In this document: piece after piece, positions 59,156 through 64,000 of the stretch
Layout of the letters: each line of letters begins with the position of its first letter
How positions within the stretch are numbered: the stretch's first letter is position 1
From: Macrostomum hystrix
Lineage: Eukaryota; Animalia; Platyhelminthes
Assembly: GCA_950097015.1 (NCBI GenBank)
Contig: CATNEN010000024.1
Coordinates: 2,046,001-2,110,000, forward strand
Length of the DNA: 64,000 bases
Direction of reading: 5' to 3'
The notes under the pieces: generated by a model
What the model saw: only the letters and a program-made list of their open reading frames with translations
Told to the model about the DNA's origin: nothing
The model's database searches: none
Translations under genes and position numbers: made by a program

Positions 59156-62061
59156 ATTATCCCTCACTTCTTCATTTGGTCAGCAATTATCCCTCACTTC
59201 TTCATTTGGTCAGCAATTATCCCTCACTTCTTCATTTGGTCAGCAATTATCCCTCACTTCTTCATTTGGTCAGCAATTATCCCTCACTTCTTCATTCGGT
59301 CAGCAATTATCCCTCACTTCATTTGGTCAGCAATTATCCCTCACTTCTTCATTTGGTCAGCAATTATCCCTCACTTCTTCATTTGGTCAGCAATTATCCC
59401 TCACTTCTTCATTTGGTCAGCAATTATCCCTCACTTCTTCATTTGGTCAGCAATTATCCCTCACTTCTTCATTCGGTCAGCAATTATCCCTCACTTCTTC
59501 ATTTGGTCAGCAATTATCCCTCACTTCTTCATTTGGTCAGCAATTATCCCTCACTTCTTCATTTGGTCAGCAATTATCCCTCACTACTTCATTTGGTCAG
59601 CAATTATCCCTCACTTCTTCATTTGGTCAGCAATTATCCCTCACTTCTTCATTTGGTCAGCAATTATCCCTCACTACTTCATTTGGTCAGCAATTATCCC
59701 TCACTTCTTCATTCGGTCAGCAATTATCCCTCACTTCTTCATTTGGTCAGCAATTATCCCTCACTTCTTCATTCTGTCAGCAATTATCCCTCACTTCTTC
59801 ATTTGGTCAGCAATTATCCCTCACTTCTTCATTTGGTCAGCAATTATCCCTCACTTCTTCATTTGGTCAGCAATTATCCCTCACTTCTTCATTCGGTCAG
59901 CAATTATCCCTCACTTCTTCATTTGGTCAGCAATTATCCCTCACTTCTTCATTTGGTCAGCAATTATCCCTCACTTCTTCATTTGGTCAGCAATTATCCC
60001 TCACTTCTTCATTTGGTCAGCAATTATCCCTCACTTCTTCATTTGGTCAGCAATTATCCCTCACTTCTTCATTCGGTCAGCAATTATCCCTCACTTCTTC
60101 ATTTGGTCAGCAATTATCCCTCACTTCTTCATTTGGTCAGCAATTATCCCTCACTTCTTCATTTGGTCAGCAATTATCCCTCACTACTTCATTTGGTCAG
60201 CAATTATCCCTCACTTCTTCATTTGGTCAGCAATTATCCCTCACTTCTTCATTTGGTCAGCAATTATCCCTCACTACTTCATTTGGTCAGCAATTATCCC
60301 TCACTTCTTCATTCGGTCAGCAATTATCCCTCACTTCTTCATTTGGTCAGCAATTATCCCTCACTTCTTCATTCTGTCAGCAATTATCCCTCACTACTTC
60401 ATTTGGTCAGCAATTATCCCTCACTTCTTCATTTGGTCAGCAATTATCCCTCACTTCTTCATTTGGTCAGCAATTATCCCTCACTTCTTCATTCGGTCAG
60501 CAATTATCCCTCACTTCTTCATTTGGTCAGCAATTATCCCTCACTTCTTCATTTGGTCAGCAATTATCCCTCACTTCTTCATTTGGTCAGCAATTATCCC
60601 TCACTACTTCATTTGGTCAGCAATTATCCCTCACTTCTTCATTTGGTCAGCAATTATCCCTCACTTCTTCATTTGGTCAGCAATTATCCCTCACTTCTTC
60701 ATTTGGTCAGCAATTATCCCTCACTTCTTCATTCGGTCAGCAATTATCCCTCACTTCTTCATTTGGTCAGCAATTATCCCTCACTTCTTCATTCTGTCAG
60801 CAATTATCCCTCACTACTTCATTTGGTCAGCAATTATCCCTCACTTCTTCATTTGGTCAGCAATTATCCCTCACTTCTTCATTTGGTCAGCAATTATCCC
60901 TCACTTCTTCATTTGGTCAGCAATTATCCCTCACTTCTTCATTTGGTCAGCAATTATCCCTCACTTCTTCATTTGGTCAGCAATTATCCCTCACTTCTTC
61001 ATTTGGTCAGCAATTATCCCTCACTTCTTCATTTGGTCAGCAATTATCCCTCACTTCTTCATTTGGTCAGCAATTATCCCTCACTTCTTCATTTGGTCAG
61101 CAATTATCCCTCACTTCTTCATTTGGTCAGCAATTATCCCTCACTTCTTCATTCTGTCAGCAATTATCCCTCACTTCTTCATTTGGTCAGCAATTATCCC
61201 TCACTTCTTCATTCGGTCAGCAATTATCCCTCACTTCTTCATTTGGTCAGCAATTATCCCTCACTTCTTCATTTGGTCAGCAATTATCCCTCACTTCTTC
61301 ATTCTGTCAGCAATTATCCCTCACTTCTTCATTTGGTCAGCAATTATCCCTCACTTCTTCATTTGGTCAGCAATTATCCCTCACTTCTTCATTTGGTCAG
61401 CAATTATCCCTCACTTCTTCATTTGGTCAGCAATTATCCCTCACTTCTTCATTCGGTCAGCAATTATCCCTCACTTCTTCATTTGGTCAGCAATTATCCC
61501 TCACTTCTTCATTCTGTCAGCAATTATCCCTCACTACTTCATTTGGTCAGCAATTATCCTTCACTTCTTCATTTGGTCAGCAATTATCCCTCACTTCTTC
61601 ATTTGGTCAGCAATTATCCCTCACTTCTTCATTTGGTCAGCAATTATCCCTCACTTCTTCATTTGGTCAGCAATTATCCCTCACTTCTTCATTTGGTCAG
61701 CAATTATCCCTCACTTCTTCATTTGGTCAGCAATTATCCCTCACTTCTTCATTTGGTCAGCAATTATCCCTCACTTCTTCATTTGGTCAGCAATTATCCC
61801 TCACTACTTCATTTGGTCAGCAATTATCCCTCACTTCTTCATTTGGTCAGCAATTATCCCTCACTTCTTCATTTGGTCAGCAATTATCCCTCACTTCTTC
61901 ATTCGGTCAGCAATTATCCCTCACTTCTTCATTTGGTCAGCAATTATCCCTCACTTCTTCATTCTGTCAGCAATTATCCCTCACTACTTCATTTGGTCAG
62001 CAATTATCCCTCACTTCTTCATTTGGTCAGCAATTATCCCTCACTACTTCATTTGGTCAGC
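59156..62061. repeat. 30-bp satellite (ATTATCCCTCACTTCTTCATTTGGTCAGCA)n, about 97 copies
   Basis: Highly homogeneous, three single-base variants and one 3-bp deletion unit near 59320. Confidence 0.99.
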
Positions 62062-63046
62062 TGTATTTTTGCTGTACTTTAAACTAATAAATTGGACTGG
62101 GCAGTCAGTTACACAGCCCAAGCCAGCAGAGCCTTTGCTCATAAGCAAGTAATCGCCAGTTGATAGCTCGTACATACTAACGTTCCATCCACATGTACAC
62201 CCCATATCAGTGGACTGCTATTTACGAGCTTGGCGTATCATTCATGCATTAAAACTTGATAGGAACTGCGAATTTCCTTTTATCTTTATCGCTCTAATGC
62301 GCTGATTTAGAAAAAATATTGGTCCTATTCCTGCATCTCTGGGCGCAGTCGCTTTATCTTACCGTTAAAATCGCTGCTAAAAACGTTTTGTTTGAAGATG
62401 GACGATTAAAGGCTGGTTTGCGGCATTCATTTGGCTGCTTTCTAGCTATACTTAGTTGGGCCTGACGGATGCACCAGTGCCTTGTTGGCATGGAAACCTT
62501 TTGTTTATTGATGCTTGGGAAACTGGCGCCGATGCAATTGTCATTAAAAGCCGAGTAGAGAATGAAGCGGCGAGAGATTTCTGAAACTCACCAAAATAAT
62601 TTCAACTGCTCCCAAAAGTGTAAAAAATGGCTGTACGAGTATCTTTTTTGCCAAAGTTTCTGATGCTTTTGACGGGTAAGATAGATGGTTTTTTATGACA
62701 TAACATTTCTGTCCATCTCTCTGACCCGTGTGCACAATACGCACACGGATATGTTCATACGCAGACACACTCACACAGGGTGTACATCTGCCCTGACTTT
62801 CCCATCGTCAGGCAGTGCACACGCTCGCATTTCCCTGAACGTTTGGTCCCCGAGGTTGTAAATTGCACGACAATTCCCTCCGCGGCTGCGCCCCAAATGC
62901 ATATGGCCTTGAGATCAGGATTTCGAGCTCAAGGACCTTCGGTTATGATAGCTCCGCGATCTTGCACAAGCAGTCCTAGCATTGGATATTTTATGGCTAC
63001 ATTAGTTTGATAGCTGACTATTGCAACCATTAAACAATTTGTTCAG

Positions 63047-63856
63047 GTTTGCCAGCCCTAACTGCAACAGATTCAACAGCAAGCACCGGTAAGGAGTTTC
63101 GCCTGATTGAGGCACCCCGTGGCTCGGTCGTCACTGTGCTGGCGAAGGAAGTTTGCAAAACGGTACGGAAACTGGAGGGTGCAATTAGCAGTGCCGAGTG
63201 CGCCTACAGGTGCAGCTGCACCGGCTGCTTCGCTTTGGCCTTCAGAAACGGAGTCTGCAGGATGGCCTGGGTTGAGTGGTCAGTTGAACTGATGGCGCTG
63301 TCCACTTGCGATGCAACGAATGAATTCAACGCTGCGAGCGATGAGGCCACCTTTATCTTGACAAGTGGCAGGAACCTGCCGTTTAACGCCACTTCCCACC
63401 CTGTTTATGTCTATCGAAGTAAGACTGAATTGCCGCGGTGACCCTAATAAACATTATTAATACATACAGTTGTTCAGGTATACTTTTGTAAAAATAAAAT
63501 TACTTCTTAAATTCGTCCAGACACCAGCACTGGTGCGACTGGAACCGTCCAGAGCCTGACGGTGAACCAGACCGGCTGCTACCGCATGGAGGCGTTCCGT
63601 GCTCGAGGCGGCAGCACCAACCCAGCCTTCAGCCCTGTCTACACTGGCGGATTCGGCGCGTTCATCGGAGGCAACTTCAACCTGACGGCTGGGACACAGA
63701 TCAGCATCGTCATCGGCCAGCGGGGCGCTGACGCCAATCAGGCACTCAACACTGCCGCCTCTGGCGGCGGCGGCGGCACCTTTGTGTACCGGACTTCGGA
63801 CAACCTGCTGTACCTGGCTGCTGGAGGTGGCGGTGGCGGGTCGCTTGGATTCAATG
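63047..63856 (+). CDS. Partial gene: Cys-rich PAN/apple-like exon plus ALK/LTK-type glycine-rich domain exon (continues beyond the window)
   Basis: Exons 63047-63418 (ECAYRCSCTGCFALAFRNGVC) and 63521-63856 (VQSLTVNQTGCYRMEAFRARGG...FNLTAGTQISIVIGQRG...SGGGGGTFVY...LYLAAGGGGG), joined in phase 1 with GT-AG sites. The upstream exon was not identified. Confidence 0.7.
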
Positions 63857-64000
63857 GTAAGGCTGCGATTCGTTGAGGTAAAATTTGTAGTAAGGTGTTT
63901 CTCGAAGCTACGAGTACTTAATGAGCCAATCATGACTCATATGGGGCTAAATATCCCTGTTAATATATTAGCATACGTGGTGAAATTTTCTTTAGTTTTT

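Noticed and set aside
59176-62082. 968-aa ORF (VSNYPSLLHL)n
   Set aside because: Translation of a 30-bp satellite with one stop-free frame; starts at TTG, no other coding evidence

Overview
Eukaryotic (animal) genomic DNA: GC-rich exons, AT-rich spacers, GT-AG introns, and a minisatellite in most introns. The style suggests a flatworm such as Macrostomum, but that is pattern recognition only and is unconfirmed. Exon phases were reconstructed by hand for six genes: a K-Cl cotransporter (SLC12A4-7/KCC type, minus, 9 exons plus an alternative first exon), a TAX1BP3-like PDZ gene (plus), RECQL/RecQ1 (minus), CCDC22 (minus), a CIP4/FBP17-type F-BAR-HR1-SH3 gene (plus), and the start of a PAN-like + ALK/LTK-type glycine-rich protein gene (plus, runs off the window). 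Mobile DNA: a decayed mariner, a complete but lesioned Ty3/gypsy LTR element (5-bp TSD CACTT) in intron 1 of the F-BAR gene, nested MITEs, tRNA-derived SINE pieces and about 20 tandem arrays. Best leads: (1) inverted copies of one 20-bp minisatellite flank three in-frame exons (690 nt) of the F-BAR gene, a circRNA/exon-skipping/dsRNA layout; (2) RECQL has no usable genomic ATG but has an in-frame splice acceptor, fitting a start codon donated by a flatworm spliced leader; (3) a U12-type intron in the KCC gene; (4) a 156-nt hairpin with a gapless 55-bp stem in a KCC intron.
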